Position numbers and translations under genes: made by a program. This document shows, piece after piece, positions 1 through 12,769 of a stretch of DNA of 64,000 bases; within the stretch, counting starts at the first letter, position 1; each line of letters begins with the position of its first letter. The notes beneath the pieces are model-generated. The model was not told the DNA's origin and searched no databases. It was given only the letters and a program-made list of their open reading frames with translations. Source of the DNA: Octopus sinensis (lineage: Eukaryota); NCBI RefSeq assembly GCF_006345805.1, contig NC_042998.1, positions 98,270,001-98,334,000 of the forward strand. The letters run 5' to 3'.

Positions 1-189
1 GATAGAACTAATGCTAAAATAGTATAACCAAAGTATTATGGTTATACCATAGGCACAGGAGTGGCTGTGTGGTAAGTAGCTTGTTTACCACACAGCCACT
101 CCTGTGCCTATGGTATAACCATAATACTTCAAGTACATCAACATCAACAGCAATATCAAAATCAAATCAAATGGAAATTGTAGTTGTGA

Positions 190-505
190 CCCCCATGCCG
201 GTAGCACGTAAAAAGCACCATTCAAATGTGGCTGATGCCAGTGCCACTTTGGCTGACTTCTGTGCTGGTGGCATGTAAAAAGCACCATCTGATTGTGGTC
301 AATGCCAGCTCCACTGGCCCCTGTGCCGGTGGCATGTAAAAAGCACCCACTACATTCTCAGAGTGGTTGGTGTTAGGAAGGGCATCCAGCTGTAGAAACA
401 CTGCCAGATCAGATTGGGGCCTGGTGCAGCCTCCTGGCTTCCCAGACCCCAGTTGAACAGTCCAACCTATGCCAGCATGGAAAACGGACGTTAGATAATG
501 ATGAT
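190..505 (+). repeat. Solo RTE 3'-tail element (GTGGCAYGTAAAAAGCAC motifs + conserved ~170-nt end + GAT tail)
   Basis: Matches the 3' end of the full RTE (…CACTACAC…GGTTGG…AGGAAGGGCATCCAGCTGTAGAA…CCATGCCAGCATGGA…GATGATGAT). Confidence 0.85.
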
Positions 506-520
506 ATATATATAGACACA

Positions 521-820
521 GATGTGGCTGTGTTGTTAAAATATTTGCTTCTCAACTATATGATTTCAAGATCAGTTCCAGTGTATGGCACATTGGACAA
601 GTGTCTTCTACTATAGCCCTTGGCTGACCAAGACCTGGTTAGTGGGTCTGGCACTGTGAATGGATTTGGTAGGGTGAAACTGAAAGAAGCCTATTGTTTA
701 TACATGTGTGTGTATACATATATACATAAATATGTATGTATATGTATAAATAAACATATATATATATGTTATATGTGTGTGTATGTATATTACATATATA
801 TATATATATATATATACATA
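521..820 (+). repeat. SINE family A, 5' half running into a TA/TG microsatellite
   Basis: Head and centre motifs. Confidence 0.75.
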
Positions 821-1361
821 CACTCATTCAAAATAGTTTATTGATTTCTCTAGAAATCAATAAAAGGTAAAATATTTCAGTGGCATAAATAAAATAACTC
901 AACTCAAAAGGATTGCAAAACATCAATGTATGACATTATAAATCATTTTATGGATTATAATTTTTAAACTCCCATGCCCTCTCTTCCCACTACTCTCTCT
1001 GTCTCTCTCTCCCTCATTTGGTTGAAGAACTGTTCTTGATATCCCATCACTAACACTGTGCAGTATCCACCACTGAGACGCTCAACTATTACTGGCCCAG
1101 ACTACATAACTGTAAATAGGTACAATAATTAAGTAGACAAGAGTATGTCCTGACATATCTCCACCATTTCTTTTAATCTCTCCCTCTCTGTCTTTCTCTT
1201 AAGTCTCTCTGTCCCTCCTTTCTTTTCCAACTGAGGTATTTCCTCCACAACAAGACATTTATCTCTATCCCTCTGCTATTCTTTTAATCTCTCATCAACT
1301 GGTACAAAACCAGCTTCCTGTACAACTCACTTTCCCAGTTGAGAGGTTTTTTTCTTGCAAG

Positions 1362-1570
1362 TGACTCAGCTGGTGCTGGTACTAAGCAAAAAGCAACCAG
1401 TACACTCTGTAAAGTGGTTGGCATTAGGAAGGACATCCAGTCATAAAATCCATGCCAAAGCAGACCAAAGAACTTGGCACAGTCCTCTGACTTTCCAGCT
1501 CTTGTCAAATAGCCCAACCCATACCAGCATGGAAAACAGATGTTAAATGATGATGATGATGACGATGACA
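1362..1570 (+). repeat. Solo RTE 3'-tail element
   Basis: Same conserved terminal module and (GAT)n; preceded by a CT-rich body shared with the copies at 22440 and 29240. Confidence 0.8.
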
Positions 1571-1717
1571 ACACTATGTAATAAATAAATTTTCAAAAGC
1601 TTGAAGTGCTGAGTTTTAGATCTTCCTGTTCACCAAGGAATAAACATTAAAAATAAACCATTGCTGTGTATTCATTCAGAGAGTAGAATTAAGAAGAGAT
1701 CTTTGTATCTAATTCAC

Positions 1718-1824
1718 CTGAATACTTTGAGCGGCCTAATATAATAGAGGGGGAAAAACCCTCCTTTGTCTCTCTTTCTGATTTCATAATTCTCGCAACT
1801 TCTGCACTTGCCAATGTGAACAGC
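1718..1824 (-). CDS. Candidate exon (LFTLASAEVARIMKSERETKEGFSPSIILGRSKYS)
   Basis: Donor CAG|GTGAAT at 1718/1717, weak TTCTTAAG acceptor, retained CpGs, phase compatible with the 3865-3898 candidate. Unrecognised. Confidence 0.15.
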
Positions 1825-2302
1825 CTTAAGAACCAGATATTCAAGATTTGTTTTTAATGCCAATGATGTTTTTCTTGACTAATTATATATACCGTTTTTA
1901 AATAATTAGTGCTGTCCTACAACTTTCTTCTTAAAGTCTAATAGCTGTGTCATTGTTTTGTTTAATGAACAAACATGATTTTTCTACTAAGTTCCACCTT
2001 AATCAATCCATGGAGGTGTTGGGAACAGGATGTAACCTAATTCTCAAAGCTACCATCTCTTATTAATAAATCAATGAGTTATGTATTACATGTGCCACAG
2101 ATGGCTAACTTGAAAAGGAACTACACAGCCAGCTGAGGTTTCGCAGATTTAAAATGTTTTTTATCACCAGTCCTGTGCTATGACCTTGAACAGGTCACTT
2201 AGCTATCAATAATTCAGGTCATCCAACTATAAACTGAAAAGAGAAAAAAATCATACAGGTTAATTATTCAGAGATGTTATTTTTTAATCTTTTGTTGTCT
2301 AT

Positions 2303-2697
2303 CTTGTTTCAGTCATTGGACTGCAGCCATGCTGGGGTACCACCTTGAAGGGTTTTAAATGAACAGATCAACCCCCAGAACTTATTTTTTAAGTCTGGAA
2401 CTTATTCTCTCACTTTTGCCAAACGGCTAAGTTATTGTAATGCAAACAAACCAACACTGGTTGTCAAGCTGTAGTGGGGAATACACACACACATGCACAC
2501 CACGCACACACACACATACACACACACACACATACACACCTGATGAGCTTCCACATACTTTGTGTCTCCCAAATTCAGTCACAAAATGTTGGTCAGCCTA
2601 TGGCTATTGTAGAAGACATTTGCTCAAGGTGTTGCAGAGTGGGACTGAATCTGAAATCACATGGTTATGATGCAAGCTTCTTAACCACACAGCCATC
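2303..2697 (-). repeat. SINE family A, diverged
   Basis: Head, centre and tail all recognisable; (CA)n inside. Confidence 0.8.
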
Positions 2698-2761
2698 TGG
2701 ATTTCAAAAGGTACGGTGTTAACAAATTTGATGGAATGAACATAGAAAATCTAAATTAAAA

Positions 2762-2950
2762 ATCATCATCATTGTTCGACCGTGGTCAAGACAATGGAAT
2801 TTACCGTGCCATGCCAGACCACACTGTCCATCATAGCATTACGAAGGTCCTGTTGCTTGATGCCTGTATCCCTGGAGATTACATCAGGGTAGGAAAGTGT
2901 GCGCCCTCTGGTATCGTGAGCAGATGGCTTCCAGAGGAGAAGAGTAAAAA
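2762..2950 (-). mobile_element. 3' end of another RTE-like LINE
   Basis: Minus strand reads RGRTLSYPDVISRDTGIKQQDLRNAMMD..VW then stop and (GAT)n. Confidence 0.65.
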
Positions 2951-3864
2951 TTACCTCGTTTTCAGGTAACGAGGTAAATTAAAAATACTTATGTGGTGAG
3001 GAAAAGACAAACAGTATCACAATGACTAATATTATTTTAATCATTTCAGAAAATACAAGTGACAACTCTGAACACATTTCAGTCTTATTGGCTCCAAAGC
3101 CAAGCCTAGACTTCTAGAGTAGTAATGATGAATGAATCGTTAAGTATATCTACAATATTGTACAGTTCATCTATCAATAATATTATTCACTGTTGTAATC
3201 AATAAATGTACTGGAAGCAAGTGTTCTATAACTTACAATTCTGAGTTTAACACTTTTTACAATTATGACGAGATAAGATGTTCTGTTTCATTGCTTTCAT
3301 TATGCTTATGTGTTCCATGTAAATAACACAGAACACACTTCCATGTTGTTTACATCTCAGACATAAAGTTAGAAGAGGTTTTTGTTTCTGTTTGTTTCTG
3401 GTATTCAAGTTTTACATGTTATGGGGAAAAAATATCATTTTAAAGAAACTTAACTGAAAAAAAAGTAGATATTCTCAATTAATTATAGCAAAAAAAAAAT
3501 AATAATAATAATAATAATGATAGAGACTATTCAGTGTTGTATAGGATCAGATTATAATCCACAGAGGCTCTAAGCACTTCAAAGATTTTGGTACACCCAT
3601 ATATATGCAATTCAAAATGTAAACAATTATAAACCATTAAGTAAATTTTTATTTATTTAAATGAAATGAAAGTAACAATAACATGGAAAATAATGTTTGT
3701 TTTTGTATACTTCCATTTTATTTACATTTGAAAATTTTTCTCCTTTTTTCAAATTACAAAATCTTTGATTGGATCCTGAAAATTATTCTTTCATAATACA
3801 TCTGCTTTCCAAATATTATTTTAGCAAGTTTAAAGTGATCTCTTTCGTGCCATAAATCATTTAC

Positions 3865-3898
3865 CATTTCTGTAGTGCCCCCTGAGCAATTGGAATTG
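3865..3898 (-). CDS. Candidate 34-nt micro-exon (IPIAQGALQK or NSNCSGGTTEM frame)
   Basis: Acceptor TTTTAACCTTCAG and donor ATG|GTAAAT; two frames open. No homology recognised. Confidence 0.18.
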
Positions 3899-4224
3899 CT
3901 GAAGGTTAAAAGTTTAAATATATTTACGTGTGTGTGTGTGTGTATTTTGTTGACAGAAACAGGAAAAATGCTTATCGTGCACACACACACACACACGCGC
4001 GCACATGTGTAAGTGGGTGTTTATGTCTCATTGCTTTGATGTTATATGACAATTATGAGAGTTGCCATCACACAAGCATTTCCAATCTTCCATAAAAAAG
4101 ATATCTAGTCATGAAGAAATATTACTTTGCTTGAAAACAGTTGAGGTTTGGTGACAGGAAGGGCATCCACCTGCAGAAAGTCTGCTTCAACAAATCTTGA
4201 CTGATTCATACTTGCATAAAAAGT

Positions 4225-4231
4225 TGATGAA

Positions 4232-4279
<48 letters not shown>

Positions 4280-4328
4280 GATGATGATGATGATGATGAT
4301 GATGATGAGGAGGAGGAGGAGGAGGATG
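4225..4328. repeat. (GAT)n/(GAG)n microsatellite, expanded retroposon tail
   Basis: Direct reading. Confidence 0.95.
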
Positions 4329-5239
4329 ATACATGCACACAAACACACTCACATATTTAATATACACAATATCTAAATAAGAGCTACTAATATTTTCATG
4401 CCATGGAATGACAGTCACTTAGCAGACTGTTTAATGCATCTTGTGTCTTCAAACAATCTTTCTTAAGGTTTAATGCACACAGTTAGTCCTATTTGAAAAC
4501 CAGGACACTGGTCCATGAGAAAACACAAGAAAAAAATGAGAAGGTTCACACAAGAAGTGGAACAAGAATATGAAGGGTGAATAAAAATGGAAAAAGAAAG
4601 AAAAGTGAGATAACCCAGAGTTGCATCCTTTTGTCTGTCAAAATCTAGCTGCTGTAGATTCAACAGGGGTAAGGCCAAAGCCTGGGAGGCAGCTGTTCAA
4701 TCCAGTAAGGGTGGTGTCCTCCAGTTTGACATGAGAAATTTGTCCATATGCTTGCATTTGCTATGAATATCAGATCTGAAGATAAGTAAATCAAATAAAA
4801 ACATATATAACACTGGAACAAAGGCTACAAAATATTTTGTCCAATGCCTTGATGATTCTGCTCTCAGTCCTTTTAATAATTGTTACAAATTTAGGCACAA
4901 GTTAATAACTTTTGAAGAAAAAGCGTTAGTTGGTACCACTGGTCCCAGTTCATAACTGGTGCTTAATTTTAGCAACCTTAGCGAGATGAAAGGCAAAGTT
5001 GACCTCTACAGGATTAAACAAATACTGTAAGACATTTTGTCAGGCACTTTAATGACTTACCAAAGCAAAGACTACAACATTTAATAATACAATTTCATTG
5101 TATTCAGTCGTTTTTATTTCACAACCAGGTAAAGTCTCAGCATCCCAGTACTGGCATATCGATGCTAGTACTAGGTCTACCTTATCCATGTTGGTTAATT
5201 CTGTGTGGGACTGTGCACTCACACAATTAAGTGATCAGC

Positions 5240-5660
5240 CTTAGTAATATTCAACTGGAAAACTAAAATAAGTGTATAAAAATCTTGTATTTTGAGCACA
5301 CTTTTGTATGGGGCAGAAACATGGACTCCCTACAAAAGACATATCGAGAAACTTGTAACTTTTCACGTGTGTTATCTGCATAACATAAAATGGCAAGATA
5401 AAATATCATATGTCAAAATCTCAGACAACTGTGATATCTCCAGTATCCAAAACATGTTGAGAATTCAGTGCAGATGGGTAGGACATTTTGTTTGAATGAG
5501 TGACAACCACATTCCAAAAATTCTTTTGTATGGTCAAGAAGTGGAGGGATATGGCTGCAAAGAAAGACTAGTCAATTAGGTATAAGGATAAGATGAAACA
5601 ACCACTAAAATCTCTATAGCCTGGCATTTTGGAAAAGTCATTGCTTAGATTGACCTGCAT
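5240..5660 (+). mobile_element. RTE/BovB-like LINE fragment, different family
   Basis: LSTLLYGAETWTPYKRHIEKL..FH...L..IKWQDKI...RWVGH...IPKILLYG, a typical BovB/RTE post-RT region. Confidence 0.8.
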
Positions 5661-5682
5661 GATATAAAATGTGTTATGATAT

Positions 5683-6063
5683 ACTCTTTACTTGTTTCAG
5701 TCATTTGACTGTGGTCATGCTGAGCACTGCCTTTAGTTGAGCAAATCGACCCCAGGACTTATTCTTTGTAAGCCTAGTACTTATTCTATCGGTCTCTTGC
5801 CGAACCGCTAAGTTACGGGGACGTAAACACACCAGCATCAGTTGTCAAGCGATGTTAGGGAGGGACAAACACAGACACACAAACATATACACCCACACAT
5901 ACATATATATGATGGGCTTCTTTCAGTTTCCATCTATCAAATCCACTCACAAGGCTTTGGTCGACCTGAGGCTATAGTAGAAGACACTTGCCCAAGGTGC
6001 CATGCAGTGGGACTGAACCCGGAACCATGTGGTTCGTAAGCAAGCTACTTACCACACTGCCAT
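5683..6063 (-). repeat. SINE family A
   Basis: Reverse complement of 8760-9130. Confidence 0.9.
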
Positions 6064-6564
6064 ATCAAAACAATTTAAGTTGAAGAAAGAGAATTATATC
6101 CTGCATTTAACAGACACATTTGCCCAATCCCAGGTAAAATCAAAATCATCAGTATCCCCATTGTGACTTCATAGCAAAATACATACCCGGACTGAAATTA
6201 CATTCATGCATCCATTGCAAATAGATGCAGCTTCATTTGTTCTTTACTTTTTAAAAGTTTTTTTTCTTTTTCCCACTGTTTTTGTCTTTTCTTCTCTTTA
6301 AATCCTCTCCTTCAACCACTCATGTCAATATTGTCAGGAGTGACCATTATTATTGATTTGACTTGAGTTTGGTCTTATTCCTGGTTGGATGTATGCGGGT
6401 AGTGAGTTACTACCTGTAACCTTAGGCATCCACAAACTTCCAATAGTCTTTCAACTGCTTATAACCCTCCTTATAATCTTTCCTGTCTTTTAGAGGCAAA
6501 CTTTCTGTAGAAGCTCCATAGGGCATTCTATTCTGATCTTCAACAATTTATCTATATTTTTGCT

Positions 6565-6605
<41 letters not shown>

Positions 6606-7150
6606 GAGTGAGTGAGCAGTGCATGCCATCAAAGTGACACTGGGGTAAAATATACAAAGCCCAGACTACCTGTCTGATAAGGGTACACCTGGCACATGCA
6701 TCACAACCATATGTGCACAACATGGTGATCTCATATCAAGATAAACAGCACATGACCTTGCAGGTGGGGCCCAGTTAGAATATTCTTCTGATCGAGTAGC
6801 CCATCCCACTCAAAAGGTCCCTGAATAAGGGATGTTTAATGATGTGGAACAAAACAACCATGTTTCCAGAGGTGAATCATTCAAACCCCAAAGAATCCCT
6901 CTCAACACATGGCTATGATGCTCCTCCATTACTTCTGCTTGTGATCAGAGATGCACATATCGTCAGCCACTAAGGGACATGCTCAACTGGTTATGGTCAA
7001 ACAACTGACAAGCAAATCTGTGGTATTGAGCAGAACATTTGCTATAGCCCATCTTTTATACCAAGACAAAACAATGTACATGATAACACTTCCAATCAGT
7101 TAAGATCAGAAACCATGAGAGCCACTGCCTGGTGCTGCATCAGGGCATTT
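6606..7150 (-). mobile_element. ~545-bp non-coding retroposon-like element embedded in (TAA)n
   Basis: Unique-looking body flanked by (TTA)n at 6569-6605 and 7149-7208; no ORF. Confidence 0.55.
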
Positions 7151-7177
7151 ATTATTATCATTATTATTATAATTATA

Positions 7178-7208
<31 letters not shown>

Positions 7209-7209
<1 letters not shown>

Positions 7210-7420
7210 GTGATGAGCTGGCAGAATCATTAGAACACCACGTGAAATGCTTAGTGGCATTTCATTCATCTTAAAGTTCTGAGTTCAAATTCCACCAAGG
7301 TCTATTTTGCCTTTCATCCCTTCAAGGTCAATAAATTAAGTAGCAGTGAAACACTGGAGTCATTGTAATTGACTAGTCTACTACCCCAACATTTCAGGCC
7401 TTTTACCTTTAGTAGAAAGG

Positions 7421-7452
<32 letters not shown>
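7209..7452 (+). repeat. tRNA-derived SINE family B with (ATT)n tail
   Basis: GAGCTGGCAGAATC head, GAGTTCAAATTCC B box, TTTGCCTTTCATCC…AAATTAAGTA centre, AGTAGAAAGGATTATTATT tail. Confidence 0.8.
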
Positions 7453-7789
7453 GGCAACAAACTGACAGAATTGTTAGCTGGACAAAATACTTATTTCATC
7501 CATCTTGCTTTTTAGAAAAATCATTAGCAGGTTAGAAAGAACACCTTGCAGTATTTGTTTGGTATCTGTATATTCAGAGCTCAAATCCTAGTGAGGGCAA
7601 CTTTATCTTTCATTCCTACCAGGGACAATGTCACACAAAGTTTCTGTTAAATATCGGGGTCAATGTAATCAATTGATCCTCTCTCCACAAATTCCTAGTT
7701 TTGTGCCTCTGCTGGAAATTATAGTAACATTATTATGTATTACTATAGATTTTCAATAAACTAAATCTGTTAACTATTTTTGATTTTCA

Positions 7790-8605
7790 GGTCTACCCTG
7801 AGAGAAATGCTGGACATAAGAAGCATCAGATGTGGTGTGCAAGAGCGACACTTGCGATGGTATGGTCATGTACTGCGGATGGATGAGGAGAGATGTGTGA
7901 AGAAGTGCCGCTCCCAAACAGTTAAAGGTATCAGGGGGAGAGGTAGACCCAGGAAGACATGGGATGAGGTAGTCAAGCATGACCTCAGAGCGTTGGGCCT
8001 CACAGAGGCAATGGCAAAGGGCCGAGATCTCTGGAGATATGCTGTGACTGCAAACACCCGGGCTGCTTCCTGCACCAGTTCCGCATAGCCCCTGCCCATT
8101 CAAAGTACCTTGGATTTCAGAACATCCCGCTGTGCTTGAGGAGACCTATTGAGTCAAGTAAATGAACATCGAAATAAATATCAATGAAAATAGTAGATGT
8201 GATACCTGTGTCGGTGGCACATAAAAAGCACCATCCGAACGTGGCCGAAGCCAGCACCGCCTCAACTGGCTTCTGTGCCGGTGGTACGTAAAAAGCACCA
8301 TCCAAACGTGGCCGATGCCAGCATCAGATGCCGCCTTGACTGGCTTCCGTGCCGGTGGCACGTTAAAAGCACCAACCGATCGTGGCCGCTGCCAGACTTC
8401 CCTGGCACCTGTGACAGTGGCATGTAAAAAGCACCCACTACACTTGCGGAGTGGTTGGCTTTAGGAAGGGCATCCAGCTGTAGAAACACTGCCAGATCAG
8501 ACTAGAGCCTGGTGCAGCCCCTGGCTTCCTAGACCCCAGTCGAACCGTCCAAACCATGCTAGCGTGGAGAACAGACATTAAACGATGATGATGATGATGA
8601 TGATC
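7790..8605 (+). mobile_element. 5'-truncated RTE LINE of a related subfamily (ORF C-terminus + 3' UTR + GAT tail)
   Basis: STLREMLDIRSIRCGVQERHLRWYGHVLRM...RGRPRKTWDEVVKHDLRALGL is homologous to the young RTE; motif array and conserved 3' module follow. Confidence 0.9.
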
Positions 8606-8759
8606 TCACTTGGAAAAGACATCAATGTCTCAACTTCTAAATTTTCCTTTCCCTATAAAGATGAGACATTGTGTCAGTGTAAGCAATGCTAACAATTATC
8701 CTCATATAATATAGATTTTGTAATGATACTAATAATTATTTTTATATTTTTATAGGTGT

Positions 8760-9130
8760 AGGAGTGGCTGTGTAGTAAGTAGCTTGCTTACGAACCACAT
8801 GGTTCCAGGTTCTGTCCCACTGCATAGCACCTTGGGCAAGTGTCTTCTACTATAGCGTCAGGCCAACCAAAGCCTTGTGAGTGGATTTGGTATATATGTA
8901 TATATACATGTATGTGTGTGTATATGTTTGTGTGTCTGTGTTTTGTCCCTCCAACATCACTTGACAACAGATGCTGGTGTGTTTACATCCCCGTAACTTA
9001 GCGGTTTGGCAAAAGAGACCGATAGAATAAGTACTAGGCTTACAAAGAATAAGTCCTGGGGTCAATTTGCTCAACTAAAGGTGGTGCTCCAGCATGGCCA
9101 CAGTCAAATGACTGAAACAAGTAAAAGAGT
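8760..9130 (+). repeat. tRNA-derived SINE family A (CORE-like centre, internal TA/TG microsatellite)
   Basis: A box TGGCTGTGTAG, B-box-like GGTTCTGTCCC, CCTTGGGCAAGTGTCTT centre resembling CORE SINEs, tail GTCAAATGACTGAAACAAGTAAAAGAG. Confidence 0.9.
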
Positions 9131-9411
9131 ATAACAAAATAAAACTTCTATGAAAGAAGAAAACACAGCCAGTTGGATATCAGTCCTAATATCTTACCAT
9201 TACAGTTTCTGTCAGTTAGGTGCATAAAGTCCATGAGCATGAGTTAGGTGAATGAGCACAAGGTTGTGGATTTGGTTCCTGGATTGAGCAGCATGTGTCC
9301 TGGAGCAAGGTCTTTCTTTTCATGTTGCTCCACTCTTTCAGCTGAGTGCTGGTGCAGTGCTCTCTCTCTCTCTCCCCTCTCCACTTCTTTCTCTCTCCAG
9401 TTATCACATAC

Positions 9412-9472
9412 TTGCTGTTCCATTATGTCAAGGTACAAAGGGCTAGAGAGTATTCGGTATCTGCTTAGGCAT
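9412..9472 (-). CDS. Candidate 61-nt internal exon of an unidentified gene (CLSRYRILSSPLYLDIMEQQ)
   Basis: Acceptor TTGTATATTGTTTCAG and donor CAA|GTATGT around an open frame in non-repetitive DNA. Protein not recognised. Confidence 0.3.
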
Positions 9473-9969
9473 CTGAAACAATATACAAATGCATGATACA
9501 TACTATTATGTTTACAGATTTAAAAAAATTCTTTCTATGAAATCCAGAAAGAACTATCACCCAATGTACCACGCAGTGGGATTGAACCTAAACTCACATG
9601 GTTGTTAAGTGAACTTCTTAACCACACAGCTATGTGTTAGAGTGAATATTATTATTTGTTCAAAACTGAGTCTACATGGGTTGCTATTCAAAATTGGTAT
9701 TCAGGTGACTGGTATCGTTGTTTTGGAAGCTTTTTTCCCTCACTGGATCTGTAAAAACGAGTTTAACAGAGATTACTGGTTATACAAAGAGGCATATATC
9801 AGCCTTAAAATTATTGTCAGGCCGTTGAGAAAAGTCAGTGTGCCTAATGTCTTCCAGATTTCATTTTGACTAAACATATAAATAGTCTTATGCCCTAATT
9901 AATTAATTGATGAATGCATAATTTACTTTGTCTGAATATTTAAATACAACATATTTTACTTATTCGGAA

Positions 9970-10379
9970 AGGAGTGGCTGTGTGGTAAGTAGCTTGCTTA
10001 CGAACTATATGGTTCTGGCTTCAGTCCCACAGCGTGGCACCTTGGGTAAGTGTCTTCTACTATAGCCTTGGGCCAACCAAAGCCTTGTGAGTGGATTTGG
10101 TAGACGGAAACTGAAAGAAGCCCGTCGTATGTGTATATATATATATATTTGTGTGTGTGTGTGTATGTTTGTGTGTCTGTGTTTGTTCCCCAACATCGCT
10201 TGACAACAGATGCTCGTGTGTTTACGTCCCCGTAACTTAGCGGTTCGGCAAAAGAGACCGATAGAATAAGTACTAGTCTTCCTAAGAATAAGTCCTGGGA
10301 TCGATGTGCTCGACGAAAGGCGGTGCTCCAGCATGGCTACAGTCAAAAGACTGAAACAAGTAAAAGAGTAAAAAGAGTC
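9970..10379 (+). repeat. SINE family A
   Basis: Full-length copy matching 8760-9130. Confidence 0.9.
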
Positions 10380-10551
10380 ACTCGGTAAAAATAGGTTATT
10401 CACTAGTTACTTCCCTTGCACCGTCACTCATAAGCTTTGAGTTTTAAATTCAGTTAATAAATCAGTAAAGTAACCTTTTATGTTTTTCCCGATCTACGTT
10501 ATTCTTGATGACTTCTAAACGACTTACCCACAATCAAAGACAAGTTTTGAA

Positions 10552-10553
10552 AC

Positions 10554-10602
<49 letters not shown>

Positions 10603-10810
10603 GATGGATGGATGGATGGATGGATGGATGGACGGACGGACGGACGGGGTGAGGGGGTGGACGGACGGGTCTTGGGTGGGTGGGTAGAATGTATGTATGT
10701 ACGTACGGAGGCATGTATGCATGTACGTATGTATGTACGAACGTAAGCATATATGTACGTACGTATGTATGTATGTACGCTTGCATGTATGTATGTACGT
10801 ATTATGTATG
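10552..10810. repeat. Compound tetranucleotide microsatellite (TAGA, TGGA, CGGA, GGGT, TATG/TACG)
   Basis: Direct reading. Confidence 0.95.
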
Positions 10811-10834
10811 TCAGTCAGTCATTATTCAGTTAAT

Positions 10835-12385
10835 TTCAAGATTTCTCGCCAATAGAGATAGAACTGGTTTCTAATCTAAATCCAAGGTTCTGTCATTGGA
10901 ATTTCAACATCAACAACAGGGTATGTATGTATGTATGTATGTATGTATGTATGTATGTATGTATGTATGTACGTACGTACGTACGCATGTATGTATGTAT
11001 GTATGTATGTATGTATGTATGTATGTATGTATGTGCAGATATGTATGTTTTATGTATGTATTTTCATGCATATAGTTACATATCTAGACATGCTCATATA
11101 TATTTAAATGATAAACTTCTGGAAAGTTTTACAGTTCCAGTGAAGGATTGGATCTGTAGTCTTCGAATTAGCTTTCTCCTTTCTGGTTTTGGGAAGTCTA
11201 ATTTATCAAGATTGGTATTTAGGCAGTGTATTACATATCCCACGGCCCCAATAATTACAGGTATAAACCTGAAGTTGTATTCTGGATAGAGTAACTGCAG
11301 ATTTTTCAATAGTTCAGCATGGGTATTCTCTTTTTCACCAATGTTAACATCTGCTGGTTAGCTAATTTCTACAACTGTACACAGTTTCTCTTCTCAATCC
11401 CAAATCATTATATCAGGTCTGTTGTGCTTACATTTTATTGAGCTCTTCACTAGGACATTCCACCAGTACTCCTTTTTATTATGAGTGGCTATGGCTCTAC
11501 CATATTGTGGGTTCTTATTTCTTTGTCCTGGGGATTATCCTTCTGATGGATTTCATTATAGAGCTATAAAGTCATGTCTCATCGGTAGATAATACTGTGA
11601 TGACATTTTTGGACAACTGCTTATGATGTGAGTGATATCTCCAGTGTTAACTCCACAAAGTCTGCATCGGTTGCCACATTTTACTGGGGGTTTTTTTCTG
11701 CATCTTTATCCCTTTTGTGCATCAGGTACTTGGTTATATTTCCTGTTTCTGGATTGCAAATGCATACCCTTCAAAGTGGGAGGTAGTAATCCGGCTATTG
11801 GTCCATGATAAACTGCTTTGATGATAAATGTTACTATCATCATGAAGCTTTCTAGTAACATATCCATGCATAGTCTTCTGTTCATATGGGCTCATCCTTT
11901 CATCTGATAATACATTGCAGTAGAGTCGCGCAACTTCTTTCGGCATGTATTCTGTGTTATCAAAGAATGTTGCTCAAGGACCTGCCTTCCAAGTCTTATG
12001 ATGTTATCAGCCTTATGTATGCAAAATTTCGTCAAGGGATGCACTTTGACACTTGGTGGTTAAAAGATTGTTGCCAAAGGGATATGATACAACATTCAAA
12101 GACATTTTGGATCAATGTTAAGCCTCTTCCATCTTATTTTCATTTTAGGTAGTGGCGGTCTACATCACTGTTTATGTGGAAATTATGTGTGCTTGTTAGT
12201 ATTTTTCGGGTTTTCACATCAATGGCACGGATCTCATCAAGCGTCCAATCAAGCAGCCCAAATGTTTGTATGAGTTCTGGAACTGCAAACACATTGTGGG
12301 CCACTGTTTTATTGAATGCAGAGAGTCTGAGGTCCAAATTTTCTTTATTCACCTGTGATATTCTTTAGTGACATGTTTTGTTGGG
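10835..12385 (-). mobile_element. R4/Dong-like non-LTR retrotransposon (restriction-like endonuclease), 5'-truncated, decayed
   Basis: Minus strand: NKTVAHNVFAVP…FGLLDW…IDVKTRKIL, CRLCGVNTGDITHIISSC zinc knuckle, RHD, HNRPDIMIW, KNLQLLYPEYNFRFIPVIIGAVG. 3' UTR with internal (TACA)n at 10921-11035. Confidence 0.85.
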
Positions 12386-12769
12386 ACACTCTTAAAATCT
12401 CTCTGTATATATATATAAATTTATACAAGTCTACACACCAGGCACAATATATTACATAAAAGTAGAGTTAAAAACATAAAGCAATTATCTTAATGGGTTA
12501 TGAGAAAAACAAAACTAAAATCATTTCAAAATTATTTAATACAAGCTATAAAAAAAATTATAAATTCTGTTAAATTGAAATAATTCGAAAATATTTCTTT
12601 AATACAGAAAGAGAGAAATAATTTGCATTGGTGTTCAGTGAACAAATTAAACATACTACCTGGCAGTGGCTAAAATGCGAACCGATAAAGTATATGTATA
12701 AATTTTCTTTTTATATGTTTGTTTCTTTTTACATAATATTAAAACAATGGCTAAAAATTTTCTAAAGCA

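Noticed and set aside
2170-2250. Strong minus-strand acceptor TTTTTTTCTCTTTTCAG
   Set aside because: All three frames stop within seven codons; cannot support a coding exon.
4105-4418. Poly-Ser and poly-His ORFs
   Set aside because: Antisense translations of a (GAT)n retroposon tail.
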